Shown in pieces: positions 50,420 through 61,153 of a DNA stretch of 64,000 nt (positions within the stretch are counted from its first letter, which is position 1; every line of letters begins with the position of its first letter). Source of the stretch: Scyliorhinus canicula (Eukaryota); the NCBI RefSeq assembly GCF_902713615.1, contig NW_024055760.1, positions 896,533-960,532 on the forward strand, read 5' to 3'. The position numbers and the translations under genes were made by a program. Under the pieces are notes generated by a model that saw only the letters and a list, made by a program, of their open reading frames with translations, ran no database searches and had not been told where the DNA came from.

Positions 50420-51762
50420 AACAAAAAACAATACAGCACAGGAACAGGCCCTTTGGCCCTCCAAGCCTGTACTGGTCATGATACCAACCTTTGCCAAAAC
50501 CCTCAGCACTTACTTGTGACGTATCCCTATCCCCATCCTATCCATGTGTTTGTCAAGATGCCTTTTGAACGCCGTTAACATATCTGCTTCCACAACCTCC
50601 CCTGGCAATGCATTCCAGGCACTCACCATCCTCTGCATAAAAAAACTGCCTCGCACATCTCTAAACTTTGCACCAGGGACCTTTAACCTATGCCCCCTGT
50701 CTACTGGTCCCTCCACACTAGGAAAGAGTGCCTGCCCATCCATTCTATCCATGCCCCTCATAATCTTGTCGACCTCTGGGCAGCACGGTGGCTCAGTAGG
50801 TCAGCACTGCAGTCTCACGGCGCTGAGGTCCCAGGTTCGATACCAGCTCTGGGTCACTGTCCGTGTGGAGTTTGCACATTCTCCCCATGTTTGCTTGGGT
50901 TTCGCCCCCACAACCCAAAGATGTGCAAGGTAGGTGGATTGAACACGCTAAATTGCCCCTTAATTGGAAAAAAATTAATTAGGTACTCTAAATTTATAAA
51001 GAAAAAAAAAGTTTAAAAAAAAAAGAAAATAATCTTGTCGACCTCTCTCAGGTCCCCCCTCATCTTCCGTCTTTCTGACGAAAACAGTCCAAGTCTATTC
51101 AGTCTCTCCACATAGCTAACACACTCCAGACTGGGCAACATCCTGGTAAACCTCCACTGCACCCTCTCCAAAGCCTCCACATCCTTCTGGTACTGTGGCG
51201 ACCAGATTTGTGGACAATATTCCAAGTGTGGCCTTGACAAGGTTCTATGCAACTGCAGCATAACTTGCCAGTTTTTATACTTGATGCCCCGTCCAAGGAA
51301 GGCAAGCATTCTGTCTGCTTTCTTGACTATCTTATCCATTTGTGATGCCAACTTCAAAGATCTGTGCACATGCAACACAGAGAACTCTGACTTTCTATAT
51401 TCCCAGGAGTTTTGCCATTTACGGTATATTTCCCCTCATAATATAATAATATTCTCCTTAACCAGTAATGCTACTTCCCCACCCCTTTTACATCCCTCTC
51501 TATCTCTCCTGAAGCATCTATATCCTCCAATGTTCAGCTGAAAATCCTACCCTTCCTTTACACATATTTCTGTGATAGCTACAACATCGTAATTCCAAGT
51601 ACTAATAAGTGCTCTAAGTTCATCTGCCTCCCCGCTATACTTCTGGCATTGAAACAAGTACTCTTCAAACCACTATGTTTGAGCAGACAGGGTGATGTTG
51701 TTCTCTTATTTTTGTTCTCCGATTCCCCATAGTTATTACACCTTCTACGCTATCGCTCTGGT

Positions 51763-51794
<32 letters not shown>

Positions 51795-52100
51795 ACATAC
51801 TAGTTTAAATCCTCCCGAGTGACTCCAGCAAATCTCCCAGCCAGGATATTGGCACCTCTCCAATTTAGATGCAACACATCCTTCTTGTGCAGGTCACACC
51901 TGCCCCGGAAGAGATCCCAGTGGCTGTTTTCCGTCCCCCTTCAGGATGTCCTGTATCGTTCAGAGACATCCTGGATCCTGGCACCAGGGAGGCAACATAC
52001 CATCCTGGAGTCTCTTTCCTGTCCACAGAAGCGCCTATCTGTGCCCCTTCCTATACAGTCCCCTATGTCTTTCGCTCTCCTGTACATTGCCCTCCCCTGC
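50420..52100 (-). mobile_element. Internally deleted CR1 LINE (ORF1 esterase end, EN start, ORF2 3' end), short-tail SINE inside at 50778-51028 (+)
   Basis: LHLNWRGANILAGRFAGVTREDLN* (~51800-51900), FNARSI...DELRALISTWNYDVVAIT (~51570-51660), SRPHLEYCPQIW (~51200). Confidence 0.82.
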
Positions 52101-52104
52101 ACCG

Positions 52105-52603
52105 TGTATGTGTTCTTTGTGGTCGAGGCTTCAACTGATCATCCAACTTGGAGAGACACAAGGACACCGGCACCATGGAGAAAGTGTGGAAATGTGAGGA
52201 CTGGGCGAAATGGTTCATCTAAGCTGGAAAATCATCGACACAGTCGCACTGAGGAGAGGCCATTCAGCTGCACCCACTGTGAAAAGAGGTTCAGGCGGTC
52301 ATCTAACCTCAAGGTACACCAACATGTTCAGACTGGGGAAAGACTGTTCACTTGCTCTCTGTGCGGGAAGGGATTCATTCATTCATCCAGCTTTCTGACA
52401 CACAAGCAAATACACACAGCGGAGAATCCACTTACTTGTACTCATTGTGGGAAGAATTTCAGGCAGTCATCCATTCTCATCCATTGTCATTGCACACCAA
52501 CGTAATCATACTGGGGAAAGACCGTTCATCTGCTCTGTATGTGAGAAGAGATACTCTCAGTCACTTAACCTCTTGACACATCACCAGATTCTTCAGTGAC
52601 TGA
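52105..52603 (+). pseudogene. ZNF pseudogene (about 5 decayed fingers)
   Basis: CVLCGRGFN*SSNLERH...MEKVWKC (ATG 52175) then frameshift; FSCTHCEKRF, FTCSLCGKGF; further frameshift at ~52490. Confidence 0.82.
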
Positions 52604-52650
52604 TGAGACGAGATTCTGCTGTTATTGCTGCTGTTAATCACATAAAAGAT

Positions 52651-52990
52651 TTCATAAAATTTACAGTGCAGAAGGAGGCCATTCGGCCCATCGAGTCTGC
52701 ACCGGCTCTTGGAAAGAGCACCCTAGCCAAGGGCAACACCTCCACCCTATCCCCATAACCCAATCCAACACTAAGAGCAATTTTGGACACTAAGGGCAAT
52801 TTAGCATGGCGAATTCACCTAACCTGCACATCTTTGGACTGTGGGAGGAAACCGGAGCACCCGGAGGAAACCCACGCACACACGGGGAGGATGTGCAGAC
52901 TCCGCACAGACAGTGACCCAAGCCGGAATCGAACCTGGGACCCTGGAGCTGTGAAGCGATTGTGCTATCCACAATGCTACCGTGCTGCCC
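52651..52990 (-). mobile_element. HE1-type V-SINE
   Basis: Full copy, very similar to 13617-13954. Confidence 0.88.
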
Positions 52991-55574
52991 CTATTGATAG
53001 ATTGATAGTCTTACAATATTTGGTTATGTCTGCTGACGTCAACAATCCCTATAACTGGCTGCAGTTTAATATTCTGGATTCGTCACTGATTTTTGGGGCT
53101 GCAGTGTCTCTTTTTAAAAACTTCTTTCCTCTTTATTCAAGTTCTTTCCCAGGAACACACTTGCAATAGCGTTATGAACTTTTACTTTAATCTTAAATAG
53201 TCTTTGGTGCAAAATCTATAATTCAGTTTCTGAAACATTTAACTGATCTCCAAGTGGAAAATGCTGATTAATCCTTGCTGACAATTCTTTCTGACTTACA
53301 CATTCTTCACTGTGACACCACCAATATGAAATTAAATTATCAACATGAAATAAAACTGTAAAGTATTTCACAGGCTCATAAATAGAAACTTAATCAATCA
53401 ACATTATTACTGATGAAGATTGGAAGTCGCTGAGTTGAATCATTTCTGACACAGCAGCAGCAACATTTGGTAAAGGTGGAACCCACAACAAAGACTGGTT
53501 TGAGACCCACTCAGCAGAGATGACATCTGTCGTTGAAGCAAAAACCAAAGCCGACCCGATGTCCAACATAAACCCAAGAGCTAGAACAGTGCATCACTTG
53601 GGACTTGAACGTTGCCAAGACCATTGTGTAAAAGATGGAGATGCTGTGCAAATAAACACTGGAGCAACCTACGTCAAGGAATCTGAAACCAAAGATAGTT
53701 TCATATTTCTTTTGGTTTCAGATTCCAGCATCCACAGTAATTTGCTTTTGACAAGAAGTCTGAACTGCCTTTGATTATGGATTTAAATTTTTTTTTACAG
53801 TACCCAATTCATTTTTTCCAATTAAGGGGCAATTTAGCAAAGCCAATCCAGCTACTCTGCACATTTTTGGGCTGTGGGAGCGAAACCCAGACAAACGGGG
53901 AGAATGTGCAAACTCTCACGGACAGTAACCGGTGCCTGGATCGAACCAGGGACCTCAGCGACGTGAGGCAGCAATGCTAACCACTGCACTACCATGCCAC
54001 CCTGATTATGGAGTATGGTGAAGTTCTCACCACCAGATGTGAACATGTCCTGCTGGGTTGAACACGACTGTAAGCTGTACCCCTGTGAGACGGACACCTC
54101 GCGGTCTCTGTTTGACTCTCCTGCAACTTCCTATCATGATTGAGTTGGACAAGGAATCCTCATCACTTGAACTGGGAAAGGCCATTGATTGCTGAGCAAT
54201 CAGAACCACCCGGCAAGGATGGAATTCCAGCTGAACCATTCAAACGCAGAAAGTTACATTGACTGTCACACCCTCATGACCTGCTCCTCCTCTGTTGTTC
54301 AGTTGTCAGTTGTTCCTCGTTTCGAGGATAACATCTACTCAGGGTCATATGTTTTCTCTTGTGGTCTTTCTGCGATTGGAGAAGGTGTTTCTCGACCCGC
54401 AGATGTTTGGCAGAGATCCCTCTCTACCACTCTCTGCCTCTTCATTGAGGTGTTGGAATTCAAATGTAATAATAATAACCTTTATTATTGTCACAAGTAG
54501 GCGTACATTATCACTGCCATGAGGTTACTGTGAAAATGCCCGAGTCGCCACTCTCCAGCGCCTATTCGTCAGAATTCAGAATGACCAATTCACCTAACCA
54601 GCAAGTCTTTCGGGGAAAATGTGCAGACTCGCACAGACAGTAACCTAACCCAAGCGGGAATTGAACCCAGAACCCTGGCGCTGTGAGGCAACGGTGCTAA
54701 CCAATGTGCTACCGTGCCGCCTTAATGATGCAGTTTGATAGGCACATTGTCACGATGGTGACTGATTGGCAGCAAACTCTTGCTAGTCATTATGGTCAAT
54801 GCTTATAAGTGGGGAGTGAACAGGAGTGGAGTAAATTCAGAGACAGGCAAGGCAGCACCCAGTTATTAGCCTTGACCAGCACATCAGCTTTTTCAGCATT
54901 GTTTCTCCAGAGCAATTAAAGCTCTCGATTGTCTTGCAGGAAGGAATCACAGGTTCAGGTGCTGATGGAGATCCGGTGCATCCTCAGCCACCAATAGTGA
55001 TTATATATAAAATCGTGGACTTGAAATATGTGAAGGTATGATCGATAAGTTTGCAGATGGGAAATTGTTGGCGTGGTAACTCGCGAGGACAAAAACCTTA
55101 AATTACGGGATGATACAGATGGACTGGTCATAAGGGCAGTACAGTGGCAAATGGAATTTAACCAGGAAAATTGGTAGCTCTTGTCCAGAGTCCATGCAGA
55201 AATGATGTGCCCAGTGACTGCCATCTGTGCTGGATCATTCTAGAAAACACTGAACATTCAGTATCACGAGTAAGAGGGAAGAAGATGGAGGAATTACTGA
55301 TTCCGGGATTGAACTCAGCAACTGTTTGCATCTTCTGGGGAGGAGAGAGGAAGGACCTATGGGGAAAAAACACCTTAAGATTTGCATTGTTCCACAGGAG
55401 AGCAGCATTCAATCATTTCGAGAAATGGAGAATAGCAGAATACCCATTGACAATAATTTGCTTGATTATGTTTATCAATTGGTAACCAAGTTATTTTGTA
55501 TTTACTGTTTGCAGTTTCAATGGTCCGGCTATTACCCATCATTCCATGCGGCTGTGAATGTGCCCTATCACGTT

Positions 55575-55865
55575 ACAGGTTCCCAGTGCGCAGACGCAAT
55601 GCTGGGCTGTAACTGGAGCATGCGCAGTATCACTTTGCTCCGAGATCTGCGAGTGCGGGAGCGGCTGTTTGGGGCGGTGAGAGTCGGTGAGGCGGAGGGA
55701 GGAATGGAGCCGGGAGTCGGGGTGGGGAGGGAGTGAAGGCTTCGTAAACACTTCCTGCTGCTCACAAGGCCGGAATCAGACCCTGCAAATCCCGCGTTTG
55801 CAGCTGCCAGCTTGTATCCGGTATCAGGCCCAGTTCCACGGCCGCCATCTTTGTTTAGCGGCGCG
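55575..55865. promoter_or_regulatory. CpG-rich promoter cassette P3
   Basis: GCATGCGCA 55618, GC box, GGCCGCCATCTT 55840; homologous to P2. Confidence 0.7.
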
Positions 55866-57174
55866 GCTGAGGAACCACATTGATGACGTAACAGAGGCGG
55901 TGCTTCAGGATCCCGGTGACCAGGAGAGAAAATCATTGTGTCGATGATTGACAGGCCCCTCCAGAGGGGGAAGGTGCTGCTGCCATGTCTGGCAATCCGA
56001 AGAACAGAAGAATAATCACATCAGAATTAGCAGCAGGGAACGGTCATGCGGCCTACTGTAAAGGATAAGTAATGGTTAAGGGGGGGGTTCTTGGGTAACG
56101 GGTATAGGGTGGATGCGTGGGTTTGAGTAGGGTGATCATGGCTCGGCACAACATCGAGGGACGAAGGGCCTGTTCTGTGCTGTACTGTTCTATGTTCTAT
56201 TGACCCTGCTCTGCAATTCAATAAAGCATGGCTGATCCGCATGTGCCCTTAATCACATTTTCCTGCCTTCCCCAAAAAACCTTTGACTCCCCAGTAGATA
56301 AAAAAAAGCCTAACTTAGCCTTGAGTATATTCAGTGAGCCAGCACCATTCCTCTCTGAGAAAGAGAATTCCACAAACTCAGTTTTGACAAAGAGTCAGCC
56401 AGACCAAAATGTGAGCTCTCTTTTCTCTCCACAGATACTGTCAGACCTGCTGAGATTGTCCAGTATTTTCTGTTTTTGTTTCAGATTCCAGCATCCGCAG
56501 TAATTTGCTTTTATCCACAGACTGATGACCCTCTGAGGGAAGACATTTCTGCTTATCTCAGTGTCAAATTGGAGAACTCTTATCTTTAAACTGCCCCCCT
56601 TAGTTCTTGAATCCCCATGTGGGAAATATTCTTTCATCAAAACCCCTCAGAATCTTAGATGTTTCAATAAGATCACCTCTCATTCTTCTAATCTCCATCG
56701 GGTACAGACCAAACAGGCTCAGTCTTGCTCCATAAAACAAACTCTCCCACCCCAGGAATCAGACCAGTGAAACTTCACTGAACTGCCTCCAAAGCAAGTG
56801 TAACCCACATTAAGTAATCCTGGGACTGGCAACAAGGGGAGAGAATGTTTGGAAGTTCTATCCTGGACTCGAAAGAGTGACGGATTTTGGAAACATTTTT
56901 AACGGGAGTTAGGGGAGGATTTGCACCCAGCAAACTCAAACCACGATAAATGTTTGTGTGATTTTAATTTCTAACCTCGACTAACATTTATGACCATTGT
57001 AATGTCCTTTTCCAGATGCTTCCAAAGCTTCTGATATCTTTCCAGCCGAAGGTTGCAGCAGGAGATTGTAAACTTGAAAACACCAAAATTGTCGCAGAGG
57101 TATTATTATTATTAATTATAAATTTAGAGTAGCCAATTATTTGTTTCCAATTAAGCTGCAATTTAGCATGACCA

Positions 57175-57460
57175 ATCCGAAGCTGGCACTCCCAGTGCAG
57201 ACTTTGGTGTTGTGAAAAAGCTCCACTTACCTTCTTATGAACCTGCTCTGGGCCTGGCGAAGCGTGTCATTTATAGATCCAGGCAGCGGGCGACCGAGGA
57301 GGTCTTCTGACCAGACTGTTTGCCCCTTTTCCGCAGCTACATTCGCAGCTGGGTGTCCCTAGAAAAGGAGTATGCAGTGTCCATGGGCACCATCAAAGTC
57401 TGCCATGCCCGGTGGGCCCTGCAGGGGTTGGGGTGCTTTATTGACCCCTTTAATTGCACT
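57175..57460 (+). mobile_element. Tx1-like non-LTR retrotransposon C-terminal fragment
   Basis: LGLAKRVIYRSRQRATEEV...DCLPLFRSYIRSWVSLEKEYAVS. Confidence 0.6.
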
Positions 57461-57613
57461 GTCTTTGGATCTTTTTAAGTTTCTGCTGATCTTTGTTACG
57501 TTCGGGCAGTGCCTCTAACTGGAGCGGCCCTTTTTGCTTTGTCCCTAAGTTTGTTTCCTTTGTTCTATTTTGTTGGTGGACCTCAAAAGAGTGGCCAATC
57601 CACCGAGTCTGCA

Positions 57614-58525
57614 CATAGAACATAGAACAGTACAGCACAGAACAGGCCCTTCGGCCCTCAATGTTGTGCCGAACAATGATCACCCTACTTTAAACCCACG
57701 TAACCCGTATATCTGTAACCCAACAATCCCCCCATTAACCTTACACTACGGGCAATTTAGCATGGCCAATCCACCTAACCCGCACATCTTTGGGTTGTGG
57801 GGGTGAGACCCACGGAGACATGGGGAGAAAGTGCAAATTCCACACGGCAGTGACCCGGGGCTGGGATCGAACCTGGGTCCTCAGCACGTGAGGCAGCAGT
57901 GCTAACCACTGCCACTGTGCCACCCTTTGTCATGATGTTTCCATTCCTATTTTATCACACACCTCCCAGTGACACTCATTGTAACACAGAAACTTCAAAA
58001 TAACATTGCTACCTTGCATCTTGCCCTCCTATTAATGTCTAATGATAACAGTAACAGAGTAACACACATCAGAATTGAAATATCAGATAGGTTGTTGTCT
58101 AATAATAAGTGACAGAGTAACGTACACCAGAATTGGAATAACAGGCATGTTATTGTCTAACGATAATAGTAAAAGAGTAACATGCACCAGAATTGGAATA
58201 ACAGGCAGGTTATTGTCTAATCATGACAGGGTTATGGGGGTGGCTCAGTAGTTAGCACTGTTGCCTCAAGCACCAGGTACCTGGGTTCGATTCCGACCTT
58301 GGGTCACTGTGTGGAGTTTGCACATTTTTCCCGTGGCTGCGAAGATTTCCTCCCACAGTTCAAAGATATGCAGGTTAGGTAGATTGGCTGTGCTAAATTG
58401 TCCCTGGGTGGGGTTACAGAGTTAGGGTGGGGGATTGGCCAAGGTGGGGTGATCTCTAAGAGGGTCGGTGTAGACTCACTGGGCCGAATGGCCTCCTTCA
58501 GCATTGTAGGGATTCTATGATTCTA
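57614..58525. mobile_element. HE1 SINEs 57614-57925(-) and 58235-58525(+) flanking a ~60-bp triplication (58036-58225)
   Basis: SINE heads/tails; unit AGAGTAAC...CCAGAATTGGAATAACAGGCA.GTTATTGTCTAA. Confidence 0.78.
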
Positions 58526-58749
58526 CACTGGATCCAAAGATGTGTTCACTCACATACTGCAGTCTGACTTAATTGGAACAGACACGGTGTTTGTTCCTCT
58601 CAAAATGAATGAATCCTTTGCTGTTTCTCCTCTGGGCCCCATCTCCACTATTATTGTCTGATTGTCCCACTGAGACTCTCACTGTTATTATTGGACAATC
58701 AGCCAGTCAGCCTGAGCCTGTGGCTGCCTGTAGTCAATACAATGCCCTG

Positions 58750-59110
58750 GTGATTGACGGCAGCTCCAGACCAATAGGAAGTGGTGGGGTGGTACTGGAG
58801 GAGCAGCTGGTCCTCCAACCAATCGCAGTGAATGAGGGGCGGGGCCCGCTGTGATTGAAGCATACGTAGTGTGGGTGATGGCGAAGGAGAAGGGCTGTGT
58901 CTTCAGATAGGAAATTGGTAAGGGGCGTTGAACAATATGGAGGAAGCGAGAGATCTTGGGGGTGGGTGGAAACGTTGTGAAAAGCTGTTGTAAGCTGCAA
59001 TTTTCAAAGAGAGTTTCCGGGACCCCGTTTGTATCGAGCGGAGCTGCAGCTCCTCATGTTGGGCTCGGGTTAACGGCCGCCATCTTTATTGGATGTGCAG
59101 GGCGCATGCG
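58750..59110. promoter_or_regulatory. Promoter cassette P4 (paralog of P1)
   Basis: Colinear with 21115-21485: CCAAT x2, GC box, GGCCGCCATCTT 59075, GCGCATGCG 59102. Confidence 0.72.
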
Positions 59111-59426
59111 TGTTTGTCGTCTTTGTCGGGGCGATGTTTCAATGAGTGGGAGGAGCTTGTTCCCTATTGTTCAGAATGGAGACAACTTGTCCATCAAACT
59201 GGATTAGTCTTTCAGTCCCAATGTCTTATTGATGATGCAAAGCGGTGGCAGAGATGGAAAGAAAAGGAAGCCAATCCTGCTCTCCGGATTTCACTGTCTT
59301 ATTAGACATTCTGTTCCATGCGTCCAAAGCTCTGCGGCTCTGTTCAGCCACATGAAGCCCCAGGGTAGAAATCTCAGCCCTGATGAGACGTCACCCTCAA
59401 ATCAGGAGACTGCTGATGATAAGAGG

Positions 59427-59592
59427 CATGATGTGGAGATGCCGGCGTTGGACTGGGGTGAGCACAGTAAGAAGTCTGACAACACCAGGTTAACGTCCAA
59501 CAGGTTTGTTTCAAACACAAGCTTTCGGAGCACTGCTCCTTCCTCAGGTGATTCACTGTTGGACTTTAACCTGGTGTTGTCAGACTTCTTAC
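59427..59592 (-). mobile_element. Penelope terminal fragment with partial inversion, 12-bp TSD
   Basis: TSD GATGATAAGAGG 59415-59426 and 59593-59604. Confidence 0.85.
59516..59550 (-). ncRNA. Minimal type-I hammerhead ribozyme motif
   Basis: Minus strand CAC-CTGAGGA-AGGAGCAGTGCTCC-GAA-AGCT-T-GTG: core, stem II, palindromic stem III, 3-bp stem I. Confidence 0.72.
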
Positions 59593-60644
59593 GATGATAA
59601 GAGGGTCAGTGTGCAGCGGGGGGGGGGGGGGGGGGGGCATGAGCGGTCACCTTGGACCCATAAGCAGGAGGGGAGAATGTTGTGAATTTCTATCCTGGAC
59701 TGATGATGATTAATTTTGGAAACTCCTTTTACAGGGGGTTAGTAGGGGAGGATTTACACACAGCAAATTCAAACCAGGAGAAACGTTTATCTTTCCTGAA
59801 TTTTATTTCTGGACTGACAGTGATGCCTTTGTAAACTTCTTTCACAGGGGCTTAGAAAGGGATTCGCAGACAGGAAACTCACAACCAATCCTCACATCAA
59901 ATTCTGACAGCACTGTTCGAATTACCAGGACCTGGAGATTATCGACCTTTGTGTGTAAGCATTGAGTTCCATATCATTATCACTCACTGTGTAAAATGTC
60001 TACCTCCTATCTCCCCTGTAGATCTTGTTCACAATCTTAAATCTGTGTCCCATAATCCTTTTACAATCTACTGATGGGAACAGTTTTTGAAAATCTTTTG
60101 CTGGGTTTGCCGTTGTCGTTTCTAGTGCCTGGGTCGATGCTGGGTGGTCCGTCTGGTTTCATTCCTTTTTCATGTTTTTGTAGCGGTTGAATCAGCTTGG
60201 ACCAGTCCATTTAGGGTCCAGAACACAATTGAAGTCTCCTCCAAGAATCAATTGATCTGGATCCAGGGTCTGGGATGGATTCCAACAATTTTTTACAAAT
60301 GTTTCTATGAGATCCCCTCATTTAAAAAAAATATAGAGAAGCAGAATTAGGCCATTCAGCCCATCGAGTTTTCGATTTGCTCTGCCATTCGATCATGGCT
60401 GATATGTTTCTCATCCCCATTCACCTTATATTGTAGCTCTCTTGAAATGAATGCGAACATTGCATTTGCCTTTCTAACTGCCAACTTTCCTTTATTTGTT
60501 CTTGGGATGTGGGTGTTGCTTTGGCCCAATGTTACTAATCGTAATCAGCGCACAAAGCATAATTTACATCAAACATATCCATTTAAATAGTGGGTTCATG
60601 ACCCAACATGTGTAGCAGTTGAGAATGTGCTCTATCCACATGAC

Positions 60645-60955
60645 AGAAGCTTCTCGCACATGCGCAGAGTCCGGCTGTGACTGGAACATGCGCCGTTCGG
60701 GCGGTGACGGGCGCATGCTCAGTTCAGGTTGTCGTTGACGGTGCGAGGAGCCGGAAAGAAACAATCGATCGACTTTCAGGATTGGAGCCGGTGGGTGGCC
60801 GGGGAGGAATAGAAGCTGCGGAGTGAGCCAGGAGGCTTCATAAATACCCTGTGGAGGCTTCAACTCCCGAGGAAAATGGTCCAGTCTTAAGCAGCACCGA
60901 AGAGAGTGAGAGCTGAGCGGTGACAGGCCCAGGTTACCGGCCGCCATCTTTACAG
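60645..60955. promoter_or_regulatory. CpG-rich promoter cassette P5
   Basis: GCACATGCGCA 60656, GCGCATGCTC 60711, GGCCGCCATCTT 60939. Confidence 0.68.
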
Positions 60956-60976
60956 AGGACAATGTGCCGCAGGGAA

Positions 60977-61153
60977 GGGGCTGGTTTAGCACAGTGAGCT
61001 AAGACAGCTGGCTTGCAATGCAGAACAAGATCAGCAGTGCGGGTTCCATTCCCGTTCTAGCCTCCCCGAACAGGCGCCGGAATGTGGCGACCAGGGCCTT
61101 TTCACAGTAACTTCATTGAAGCCTACTCGTGACAATACGTGATTATTATTATT
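60977..61153 (+). mobile_element. SINE with head B and tail 3
   Basis: GGTTTAGCACAG...GCGGGTTCCATTCCC joined to CCCCGAACAGGCGCCGGAATGTGGCGAC...(ATT)n. Confidence 0.75.

Noticed and set aside
30524-51793. Long poly-C/poly-G runs (30524-30572, 36335-36355, 48109-48165, 51763-51793)
   Set aside because: Homopolymers mostly inside retroelements; lengths unreliable in assemblies; no functional evidence
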